Shown here piece by piece: positions 1 to 12,000 of a stretch of DNA of 64,000 bases. Each line of letters opens with the position of its first letter. The first letter of the stretch is position 1. The stretch is from Sphaerodactylus townsendi (lineage: Eukaryota). A model generated the notes under the pieces. It was not told the DNA's origin and made no database searches. It saw only the letters and a program-made list of their open reading frames with translations. Where the stretch lies: assembly GCF_021028975.2 (NCBI RefSeq), contig NC_059430.1:29884001-29948000 (forward strand), written 5' to 3'. Made by a program: the position numbers and the translations under genes.

Positions 1-739
1 AATCCAGCCTATCTCTACATAAGGCATTGGACCTTCACTAGGAAGACCACAGTAAGGTCCTTTGTTAACCTTGTGAAATCACTTTCAGTCTATTTTCTGA
101 GCTGCATATAGGAATAATCATAGGGGTGGTAGGATCAAAAGATGATGTGCTTTGAAAGATCTTCCCAGATCTTGCATTCCAAGTACAGCTACTGTCATGT
201 CAGGTTGAGAAAAACTCAGTCATAGCAACTTTGACAAAAGGATGAAGAAATGTAATGTCCATATATAACCCCTGAACTTCTCATTATTTTATTTATATTC
301 CACCCTATCCCTGAAGGATAATCTACAACTGACACCAGTTTTATGCATCCCAGATGTAAGATTGCCACATGCACACATCAGGAAAAGGGGGAATTTTGCT
401 GTCAGGGGAAAACAGTTGTCTTATCCTGCTATCTAAACTATACAGCTCAACTCTTAAGAAATTTGATAGGAAATTTCAACTCTCCAGAATATTCTTTTCA
501 TATGTCCCCACCCCCACTGTATTATGTTCCATATCTTTAATATGACAGAGAAACTATAGTTGCCTGTCACTATAGTTGTCTGGGAAGGTAATACTAAAGT
601 CCCTCATCCAGGGAACTTGACTCCATTAGTACCCAAGAGGAGGTGATATTCCAGATGGACTGAGTGTTTGAAATCCTGAAGAGCATGAAGGTAAGTGAAT
701 ATTACCTTTATATAACACAGCATTTAACACCTCCAAGCA

Positions 740-826
740 ATCATTATATATTTTCTTCATTTTATTTACAATTTGAATTAAAATTTTACATGAAGTGAAG
801 CATCCATTTCCACAGATCTCAGAAAC
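740..826 (-). other. NDUFB2: Probable non-coding last (3'UTR) exon of NDUFB2
   Basis: Donor AGA|gtaggt ~23 nt after the stop (1755/1754), acceptor ttatctgcag| at 827, and AATAAA at 766-761 on the - strand. The 3' end is approximate. Confidence 0.6.
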
Positions 827-1777
827 CTGCAGATAAATCAAATATATTAGTTTGCTTGATTTTCTAAGTGATTTGAATATGATCTGCCAAAGGGAGAGAG
901 GAGAAATATCCCACTTATGTAAATGCTACAGTAAAAAAATACAGAAAAAGGAGTGTAGTGGAGCACACTAAACAGGCCAACTACACTGAGGTTACCAGCT
1001 GTAAAAACGGCAACCAAGAAGGAAATGTCCAGTGCTCAATTTAATGTGATGAATACATAACGTTCCACAGTGCAGCCATAAAGCAAATACATAAAAGAAT
1101 AAACGCAACAAGAACACAATGTAAACGCACACACACAAGTGTGCACTGGCCAGCCAGCCCGCTCTAGGGAATGGATGCTATTAGTCCTGGTACAAAAAGT
1201 GTCACAGCAGGTCAAAAGGAACATTTATATATGCTGGACCTGGACAGTTAAGTGGGGTGGTCACAGCAAACACTGGATAGGAACTTGCCTGGGAGGGGAA
1301 ATCTCATGTTCCTTTGCTAGTCCCTATTTCTTCCTCCTCAACTTCCTATTGCTATGATAACCACCAGCTATCCACCCCCCATACCTTCCCCTTTAGAGCT
1401 TCTTCCAAGCCTCATCACTGCACTTACTGCTAGCCTAAAATTGCTACTGGAGTTTTCAAGTGTATTCCAAAGTGCTGCAATACAGTTCCATCAGTGTGTC
1501 TGTTCCTTTAGTTTCACAGGAAAACACATGCCCTCTGTCCCAAGCCAGTCTGCAACTTAGAACAACTGCAGGGGACCACAGAGGTATGGAAAGAATGTGG
1601 CAAAATTTTATTTAAAACATGGTTACCACTGAGAGTAATGATTAAAAGGTGACAATTTCAGGAAGGGCTGAACTTCGATCAAACAGTAGCTGGATTCTTA
1701 GCTTTAGAAATCTGATACAAAAAAAAAACTATTACATTAATATTTAAAACCTACTCTGAACAAATTATTCAAGTTGA

Positions 1778-4626
1778 CTACTCATCATCAGAGGGGATTC
1801 CCAGTTCTTCATCTGTCCACTTCGAAGCATCTGGATAAGGGAAGTGGCCCTGTAGGAGGAGGGAAAATGAACAATGTTATTAGCCAGAGAACCAACTGAA
1901 AATGCGTTTTAATATTTCACCAGCAATTAATTCAACTTCGGCAAGATAAAAAAAATGCGGTCCACAACTGTAAAACGCTAGTGATTGGCCATCAGGACCA
2001 CTGAGACTTGTCCCAGTGTGCTGATGACCCCCCCCCCCCCCACACACACACACACCTGGCTCAGCCAGGGTCCTGGGGGAAGCTTGGAAAGAGGTGGCTG
2101 CTCAGCAGGCAGACGGCCTCTCCTGTCTGGGAGGTGGGACCAGGGAAGCTCGAAACAGTGCCTTTTTCAGGGCTGTTTTCCCATCACAGTCTGCCCCAGC
2201 AATGACCCAGAACAACTTTAAGCTGATCTAAGAGCTTGCATGTCCCCAACATTTCCATTTTCCTACTAGAGCCCCGTGGCACAGAGGTGTAAACTGCAGA
2301 ACTGCAGTCAAAAACTCTGTCCACGACCTAGGTTCAATAGAAATCAGTTTCAGGTAAGGTGGCTCAAAATTGACCCAGCATTCCATCCAGCCAAGTTTAG
2401 TAAAAAGAGTATCCGCCTTGCTGAGGGTCAAGTGTAACAACTGGGAATGGCAAACAATGCTGTAAAACGCTTAGTAAATGATGTGATGCACCACCAGTAA
2501 TGGTGTGGTGCTTGCACAGGAAACTACCTTTACCTTTTGAACAATGCTTTCACCCACAGCCCAAGCCCTATTCTGTCAAAAGCTGTTTGTCCTCAAAATG
2601 AATGGAAATGCTGTTTGAAAATCATCTAAAATACCACCCCACCCTTGAGCATTCAAAACATAGTTTGTGGGATTCATACCTTTAGAAGGAGCTGGGGTGG
2701 TGGAAAGTGCCACCAACTCACTACCAATGTATGGCAACCTTGTAGAGTTCTCATCTTTTCAATGTAAGAAGAGCTGCCTCAAATACTTGGGTCAGAGTGA
2801 GATATACCATTCTAAATTCCCAAGCCATGTCTAGAAGCTGCCTAGATCTGGTTTTACACAGCTAGGTTAAAAACCAAAGATGTTGATGAATTAGTTTTCT
2901 CACAGCATAACAAAGAGAAAGTTATTTGTTCTCATCACCTTGGTCACACTTTTTAGGATACATTTGTGCTCCTCATGTTAAAATACACAGAGTCTTGCCA
3001 GAGTCAAGACATCTTGCCTCCAAGGATGTGAGTGGCATTCATAAATGCCATGTTACAGTGTGTCAGGGTGGATAAACTTTACAGGATTATTAACAGACTT
3101 AAATCTGGGGGTCCAGTACTTATTCCCAACTCAGCCATGAAGTTTCCTCTGAACGATCATGAAGCACTCCGTCACTTCCAGCAAAGTGCACTTCACAGAG
3201 TTGTTGGGGAATAAAATGGAGGAAGGGAGACCACCTTGTGATTCTTGGAAGAGAAGGGTGGGATAAAAATGTGACAACAGGCCCAGAACACTGAAGCCAT
3301 TATGAAAATGAGCATTTCCTATGAACTCCCCGGCCTGCTTATTAGACATGATTGTTAAGGCCTGACACCTGACACTCAGCATTTTTCCTCATCCTCTAAT
3401 ACTGTTGCTTTATTATCTTCCCCAGACCACTGAACTCACCAGCACAATATCAGGGTCATGCCAAAAGTTCCACAGGATCCAGAACCACATGAAACCACTG
3501 ATCAGTTCAGCCTTTATTATCTGGGACCGTGAAATCACTGGGAATTGACGGTAAAGAAATGGGGCATGCGCCTCTGTGCTTGCACTACAAGACAAAAATT
3601 ACAATGGAGAAGTCACTCAACAAACCACAAGGGCAATATACACACTTCAAACTTATGTGGGAGTACTTTCATTTTTTAAAAGAGCCATTTTGTATCCTTT
3701 GTCAGGTAAAAAAGGCTTGAATAAATCTCTTTCCCTTCTACCTGCAGCTACACAGAAAATCCTCCAGAAGGTCACAGGATGTCTGGGAAGACAGTAGGTT
3801 TCTGTGGGCAGGACTGTCTCATTCAAGGGAAGCAAGAGCTCAAGCAAGGGGCAGGGGAGAACAATTTCCACCCCTTTGTCCTGTGCCACATTCAACTCTG
3901 TTCCTAAGATCTCTGGGAACACTGTCCAGAGGGGGTGGGCAGGGGGAAGGGGAAAGAGATCCACTTATGGTCCTTGTATTCAACCCAGGGCCTCCAACTA
4001 TCAAACTTGAGATCTTAGTGCTCCTTACCTCTTTTACAAGTACAAAAATAAGATTGGATTTAGGGAGGAGCTGTGGCTCAGTACAAGAGTCTTCATCCAC
4101 TCTGCATGAAGACGGTCCCAGGTTAAATTCCCACTATGCCCATAAAAGGACCAGTCAGTAGGTAAGGTTAAAGAACTGGAAGGTTGCTGCCTGTCTGAGC
4201 AGATAACTGATGGGCCAGTGGCGTCATTCAATACCAGTCAGTTTCGTGTGTGCCAAGAGCATGCCAGAAACTCATTTCCTCAACATTTATAACATCTGCA
4301 TGTTGAAGAAATCAGGTCCCCCCATCCACACAATTTCGCCATAGAACTGAAGCACCTTGCTACATTCTTCAAGAGACCGTGTGTGTGTGAGAGAGAGAGA
4401 GAGAGGGGGGGGGGGACCCCACATTTTGAGTCTGACTATCTAACCCTCACACCGCACTGCCTCGCGGGGGAGAGAAACCCACTCCAAGCCTCCCCGTTTC
4501 AGCCACCCTCAGGATCCAGGATCTCTTCTCCCTGCCTCACCTCCGGGCCCCCGAAGCCACTCCTGTCGCACCTCGAGGGCGAAAGAGGTGCGCTACCAAC
4601 CGCAGCCGGCACAAAGGCCCGACCAT
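1778..4626 (-). CDS. NDUFB2: NADH:ubiquinone oxidoreductase subunit B2 (complex I AGGG subunit), 100 aa; coding exons 4626-4541, 3584-3440, 1849-1778
   Basis: Spliced translation [100 protein letters not shown]. It has the NDUFB2 signatures YRQFP, MWFWILW.FWHD and [16 protein letters not shown], an Arg-rich presequence, and GT-AG introns with matching phases (86+145+72=303 nt). Confidence 0.97.
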
Positions 4627-4629
4627 GGC

Positions 4630-5212
4630 AGCAGTAGCAGCTCCCAGAGCCGTCCTTCACCCTCTAGAGTCACTTCCGCCCTCCTACGTCAATTTATGGC
4701 ACCGCCCAATAACCGGTTCTCTTATTGGCTGTTACAAACTCCGGCGCCTACCAATACTAGTCACGGGGAGAACCAAGAGGGGCCAAATGTAATTTTCTCG
4801 CTGGAGGAGATTCGTCACTTCGTTTGCATTGTGAGAATAAAAGAAAGAACACCAGCCTTCCCTCCATTATACCCCTTCGGCTGTCCAAATGTATCTATTC
4901 CCCGACATTTAGGAGTAAAATAGAACCGCCCTGGGACATACTAAAAAAAAATCTGAGGGGGAGACGCGCGAATCCCTGGATATTGTTTGAGTTTTTCTTC
5001 TACATAGTACTGAGATTGGTTCTACCTAGCAGTCTAAATGCAATAATCAGAGGGAGGTTTCTTGTTTCTTAGGAATTCGTGAAAAAAAACAGGCGGTCTT
5101 TCTCGTAGCCTCCCCCCCGACAGGTGTTGAAGATGGTTCTGTCCTCGTTGCCTGGTTGCTAGGCGACGTTCCAAGCCTGCAGTAACTCATCCCAAAAAGG
5201 GAGGGGGATCAG
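4630..5212. promoter_or_regulatory. CpG-rich bidirectional promoter shared by NDUFB2 (-) and the VWA/DUF4537 gene (+)
   Basis: CpG-dense. ETS/GABP site CACTTCCG 4671-4678, TACGTCA 4685-4691, CCAAT boxes at 4706, 4724 (ATTGG) and 4751, RFX X-box GTTGCTAGGCGAC 5155-5167, and a strong donor CAG|gtgagt at 5212/5213 closing a non-coding + strand first exon. Confidence 0.75.
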
Positions 5213-6037
5213 GTGAGTTGGAGGAGGACAAGACGGGGAAGGCGGGGGCAGGTTGCCAACTGATCATTAGAAAAGGGATGCAACCTGTAAGCCTTTAATG
5301 TTCAATCCATATGCAGGAATATGCCATTGAAGGGTTTCAGGAGGGCAATATTGAGACACATAGTATCTCATTTTTGGCAGGGGCAGCTCAGAAGTTGGCC
5401 ACCTGGGTGAATAAGCAATGCAGGAACCCGCACTTGGTAATGGTTGCTGATACGCAATATGCAACTGTGTAAAGCTCTTTTCAGCCCTGCAAATGTGAAA
5501 AGCAGTGCAGTGGTTTTAAATATACTTTCTTGGGGTTTCCCATTGATGTTCATGGAGGAGAGTTGCCGGCCTTCCTGTGCTTTATGAGGAACCTATGATT
5601 TTGGTTGCACGGTGTGAATTGCAGGGTGAGTGTCGCAGATGCCTCTGAACCTGACTTTCGTTTCCAAGAACGCACAATCTTGTTCCCTGTTTCTTCCTTC
5701 ACTTGGCTGTTGAAAGGGTCTGGAGCCCTAGGTTTGTCTGCTGCTTGATATTTCTTTCCTTGTTTATGTGCACGTGCCATATATTATTTCCATAGCACTT
5801 CTAAGCTTACAACATTATTTACTGCTTTTAAAAATAGTAAAATTAGAAGTACTGTATTAACTTCATTGAGAAAGTGCAAGAAATGGGGAAATCTATGATA
5901 ACATGAGTTGGGGGTGGGCCGGGGATGAAAAATCTGAAAATATTATTGGGGTGGGGGGACTCTAATGAGCCAAAGTGGAAACCTTGCCTAAATATGCATT
6001 GGTGGTCAATTTTTCCCCTTTTTACTTCAATACAGAA

Positions 6038-9000
6038 ATGGCCAGGCTTTCCCCTCAAAGTACAACTTTCCCCTTAACGGCTAATATCCATGAACAGAAG
6101 GTTATTTTTGTGATCTGTGCCTCGGAAAGAATGCCCTCCAAAACTACTATCCTAAAAGAACTTCTCATAAAAACTCTCTTCTCGCTGATCAGCAGGCCAA
6201 GAGATTGCATGTTCAGCATCATCTGCTGTGCCACTGCCAACAAGGTAACATAAAACTTAAATGTGCTGTGTAGCATTTAGGGTGCAGGATGAAGGTCTTG
6301 GAGCTCCAGGCTCAAATCTTCACTCAGCAGTGGAATTTACAGGATTAACACAGGCCAGCCGCACACTTTCAACCTAACCACCTACCTTACAAAGTTCTTG
6401 TGAGGATAAAATAAGGAAGGAAGAATGATATATGCCAATCTGAACTCCTTGAACTCAAGGCAAGATAAAAATATACTAGACAGATTGCAATATAATATTA
6501 TAAAAGAACTCTTTTTTTCTCCCAGGGTATTTCCACACAATCAATCTGGCCAGTGACACAGTCTCTGAATGAAAGCAATAATCATCTGCAAGCCAGATTA
6601 TTGGGGTACTCTCCAAAATGTGTAATTGTGATTAGAGTTTATAGGACATAATCCTTAAACTGGCTATTGTGGGTTTGCTGGGCTATATTGGCTGTAGTCT
6701 GGTAATTTTTGCTCCTAATGTTTTGCCTGCATCTATGACTGTCCATAGATGTGGGTGACATGTTAGATGCAAAAGCTACCAGACCACGGCTGTGCAGCTT
6801 GGAAAACCCACAACAGCCAGGTGATGGTGGCTATGGAAGCCTTTGACAATGTGATCCTTAAACTTCCTCCGCAGGTTCTAAAATGGCAAAACACTTTGGG
6901 GAAATGTTCCCTTGCTAGTGTTGCTGAAGCAGCTGCCTGGATTCGAGCCCTGGAGTGTGTGAGCGGGGCCAGTGTTGTGAGTGGTGTGGAAGCAGCTTTG
7001 GAAGACCCCAGTTGTCAGGCTGTGTATCTCTTCACCGGTGGGCTGCCCGAGTGTACTGCAGAGGAAATCTGTCTCCTCCTGAAAAAGACAGGGCGAGTCC
7101 GCCCCCTGCACACAGTATACTTGCTAGGAAATGGAGGGGAAAATAAAAACCGCTTTCAAGAAATATTGGAGAAAATAGCCAAGGAGTCTGGAGGTTCTTT
7201 TCAAAGGATCAGCTTCAGCCCTGAAGAATGTGAAGATCAGGTAACTGAAAAATAAATATTGTAGAACTGAATTTGGTTCACACTTGCAAGCACATCACTT
7301 AGTTTACCCCTCAGGCAAATTTGTGAAAAATGTTGTGTCTGGAGGAGCTTTCAGTGACATGTTGATTCTATCTATGGCAGTAGACTTACAAAGATTTGTT
7401 CATATCTGCAGACCATTGCACGATATGTTATCCCTCAAGCATGCTGTTAGTGTCAGTGTGGTATAAGGGTTAGAGAGCCTGACTAGGATCTAGGACACCC
7501 AAGTTCTAATCCCTACTCTGCCATGGAAGCGTGATGGGTGACCTTGGGTCAGTTTTGCTCTCTTTCTCTCTCTGCTTCATCCTCACAACACCCCTGTGCA
7601 GTTGGTTAGATTGAGAGAGAGATGCCAAACTGAACTCCTTAGAGCAAGGGCAGAATAGAAACGCAATAGATGGAAAGATGGATTTGCATGCGTGAACCTG
7701 CCTTAGTCCAGATGTTGGGAAAGTCTGAAAGGTCATGAGGTCCCAGATTAGATTCTGTAGTCTTCTTTCTAGATTAATCCTGGAGGCATGACGAGCATTC
7801 ACCATCCTGATTGCATTGGCTGGTCCTCTCTGCCGGCAAGTCATCACACAGCCAAGTGGTAAGTTTAAAGCTGTGGATCTTTTAGACATATCAATCATCT
7901 TGCTAATCATGGAGTGGGAACTATGAAAAACCTCTGGGAAAGGGCAGGATAAAAATATAATAAATAAATAAACCTGTCGCTTTTGTGTTTCTTCTCTGTC
8001 TTTGATTCATGTTAATCTGGAGTTGTCTGGAGCAACTAGTCTTGTTTCCCTAGGATGTGTTACTACTTTGTGTCTGCAGTTCTCCTTTGGGTATATGGAG
8101 CCTGGATTCCCCCCACACCCCGCTTTTCAACTCTACAAAGGAGGACTTCATAGCCTGTCACCCAATGATTGACAGCTTGCAAAGAGGGGTTCGAGTGCTA
8201 GCCAGAAAAAAGACAGATGGGTATTTCTATCTAGGTCACATTGCCCAACATGTGAAGGTAGGTTTATTTGAGGAAAGGGGTGAGAACATCTTAGTATTTT
8301 TGACATTTTTTTTGGTATATGTCTCTGAGGGTTCTACACATTCATTGTATCTCCAGTGAGAATCCCTTGGGGAGCTCTAAATGAATGTCACATCGTCCAC
8401 CTCCTGGGTGCCCTCCTTAAGAACACAAGAAGAGCCCCGCTGGATTAGTGATCCAATTAATTCAGCACCCTATTTCCCCCAGCAGCCTGTCAGATACTGC
8501 AAGGAAGCCCACAAGCAAGGCACAGAGGCCAAAGACTTTAATGATTGGGACAAACAGCATTACTTTGCTATGGAAGGTGAACATTTTTGTACAGGTTGTG
8601 GTATCTTGGCTGATGAAGATCTGGCCCTTGGCAAATAATGGTGGAGGCAGGAGAACTTTTGTTACAGGTTCAGAGACTGTTTTGGATGACCTATTTCCAT
8701 AGCCCTCTCTTGACTACTTTTGAACAATTGTGTGAGGAGGGAAACTGATCTGTTTTCCCTGATCTGGTGGTAGGTGCCACCAAGCAACTCCTTTTGTTAC
8801 ATTCAAGCAGATAAGGTTTCTCAAATATCCACATAACTGGAAAGAAAGCTGATATAGCTGGTTTACTTCAGGAGACTTCCCAGATTACTACTGAGTTCAC
8901 CAGTCTGTTGTGCCAGCCATAATGTAGTTTCAAGCACTGTCAAAACATTTGGGTAGCCACTGCATTAAACAATGCAGAGCAACTAACAAAAATGTGAAAT

Positions 9001-12000
9001 GGTACATTTTGCATGTATTTTAGAAAACAGAACACTAATTCAGGTGTAAAACATTTTGGCCTGGTCCAGTGGGAGTCTTTCTGTGAACACGAAGGTTACT
9101 GGTAGATGTCAGGGGATTGAGATGCATTCCTACCTCATTGTGACCACTGAACACTACAAATGAATGCTGCTGAAAGATATATGTTACCACTGCCATCTGG
9201 GACATTCTGTCTTTGATATTTACTTTATGGTTTAGCTCGCTTTGTAGATAACTAGGCTTACCCCTAACTCCCTGGTTCCATGAGCATATCATAGCTCTAC
9301 TTTGAATTGGCTTGTCAACTTAACTTAAGGTGAGATGAGATATTCAAGTTCACCCCAATATTCATAACACAGTAATTAATAGCTTATAGTTGTCTCTGTC
9401 TGACAAGTTCACATGTAGATGGCAATTACACTGTTGATTCATCACAGGCCTGATCTGATCTGCACACAACAGCATTAAGGTGTTGGGTGAACAGCACAGT
9501 CCCATCACAGTGATACCCTCAAAGCCCATTCAGTTCAACTGACTTTGATGGGTGTGACTCTGCTTAGGATCACCCGGCAACACTTGTTCCATCTGAGTGT
9601 TTTGTTGTATCAATTTTAAGGCAAACAACATTTTTATTGGCAAGGTCTGTGACTTCATCCCACAGGGCTCCAAAGGACATGTTCTAATCATGTTCAAGAG
9701 AGCCAGGAAATCTCCTAAAGGTAAGGCTGAGTTTCGCATGCAAGAAACGCCACTTTACGATGTCATCCATCACGAGGACGGCAGGTGGCAGCCAGTGGCT
9801 CCAGGAGACAGAGTCCTGGCTCCGTGGGAGAAGAAAGGCAACCGATACGGCCCAGGCACTGTCCTTCAGATCACAGAGACTGGATTGGCTCATTCAGGTA
9901 TGCTGCTGCTGTTACTTTACAGCTATGCCCCCATCCACTGTCTAAAGGCATAAGGATACAAAACTTGCCTTTTCCATGCACCTTGGGGTACAACTGATCT
10001 AGATCTGCCCCACTTGCAACTGAAGTGCTCCATTGACTGGTGAAAGATATGCACAAGGTAACACGCTCAGAGAGGAACCTTCTTAGTTCAGACTGTCCTT
10101 AAGGTTCCATGGAACATCAGGGGCTCCTGTCATTCTAGATAAGGGGTCAGAGCAAGAGGAAGTGAATCATGCCTACGTCTAAAGGTGATTTCCCCCCCCC
10201 CCCGCCCCCGCAATTTCTCTTTGCAGCTTTTAAAAACAGTGAAGTGCTGGTCAGTTTCTGGAATGGTAAGACTAAGAAAGTGCCTATGGATATCGTTGTA
10301 AGGATCCCTCTTCCTGTGAGCGAACGCATCATCCTTGAACTCCAGATGCCGTTAGCAGCCAGGCAGATGCTGGTGGAGCAGAACCCACATTATCCGTACA
10401 CTGTGCCACCTGGTTATCGAGCGTCAGGACCTTGCAGGCAGAGCCGTTTGGATTGCATTTGTTGGAGGGACGTTTCAAAGGGCCCACATGTCAGCACTAC
10501 CTGCTGTTCTGCCCAGGTGCCCCCTTGGTGTTTCTGCTCCCCAGCGTGGGAACATGTTTGGCCCACAGTCACTTCGATGCAGCCAGAAGATACCTTGATT
10601 CCAGGAACAAATATGACCAAAGAAGAACTGAATAGGAAGATAGAAGAGCAGCTGTCAAGGGGGAAACTGCCAGTGTGGAAAACTAGTGAGAAGAGCGGGA
10701 AGCTGAAAGAAAAAAAGAATGTGGTGGACGTAACAGCCCATAAAGAGTCGGAGAGCGAAGTTACAACACAGGTACAATACTATGCAGACTAGACATATTT
10801 TCAGACTTCTTACAACTGCCACAGGGTATCAGGGCCTCTGGTCAATATGTTTACAGAGGTTATACTTCCATAAACGTACCAAAACCTTGTATATACTCAT
10901 CTGGGCCATACAAGATCTTTCCCACACAACTCAACAGCGCAGGACCAATTACAGTGTACCCATCCCTGTTCCATCTCCATGTTCTCTTGGGGCTCTTTTC
11001 TGATTTTTGCAGACCCGGCAGAAGGAGAGTGCTTCAGAAGATCTGCCAGAGGAAGATCTGAGAGAAGGCACCAGTACCACTGTTGACATAGCTGTCAACA
11101 CAGACAAGTGCGTTCCTTGGCAGGAACAGAAAGGTAGGCAGAAGTTGTGAAGAATATTTTCAGGGCTCCTGGTGACTTTCAGACAGGTATTGTTTGAAAT
11201 TACATACCAGCAGCTGATAAGCAAAAACACAGGCCTGGAAATACCAGAGTAATCACAGAATTGTGAGCCATTGAGGGTCCCGTCCTCTGTGTTTGCATAT
11301 TCCATCTTCGGAGCTCACACTTATTGTGTATCCGCCCTGATGAGCTGTGATGTTGAATCTGAAACGTTTTTAGAGGTAATGTTGGAGTGTCTGTTGGAAC
11401 GGTTTTTAACTGAAATTTAACTGTGTTTTTATTGACCTGTACACCACCCAGAGCCTTAGGGGATGGGGCAGTAAATCAAAACAAACAAACAAACAAATAA
11501 GAATGCACAGATAGTCTAGACTTCTGTGTTCTTGTCCATGAGAGGCCAGATCCACTTCGTCAATCTGTATGGTCCATTTCTTCCCCATCCTTCCTCCAAG
11601 AAACTCAGAGCAGCGTATGTGGTTTTCTCTTCCTCGTTCTGTCGTCACAATAATCCTGACTGGCCCAAGGAGACAGCTTCATAGCAAATGAAGGGTTTGA
11701 ACTTGGGCTCTCTCAGATCCTACTCCGATACTCTCGCGGCTACACCACTCTGGCACCATAGTGGTGTCACTGAGGACCATGCCATGCATCATGCCATGAT
11801 ACCAAATGCTCCCTTTTCTGAAACGTGATTGGACTGTATGTGAAATATTTCTTCCTCTAGGGAAAAGGGTCCTGAGTTATTTCTTATTATGCCCATACCG
11901 TAGTAATTGATAAAAATCCCACCAGAAGGAGGATAAACACAGCAATGTATGGAAAACGCTCCTTTCTTCGTGTTTAACAGAGTGCAAGGCAGTTCTAGAA

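Noticed and set aside
1-700. BRAF 3' end expected by synteny
   Set aside because: No recognisable BRAF coding sequence in this stretch.
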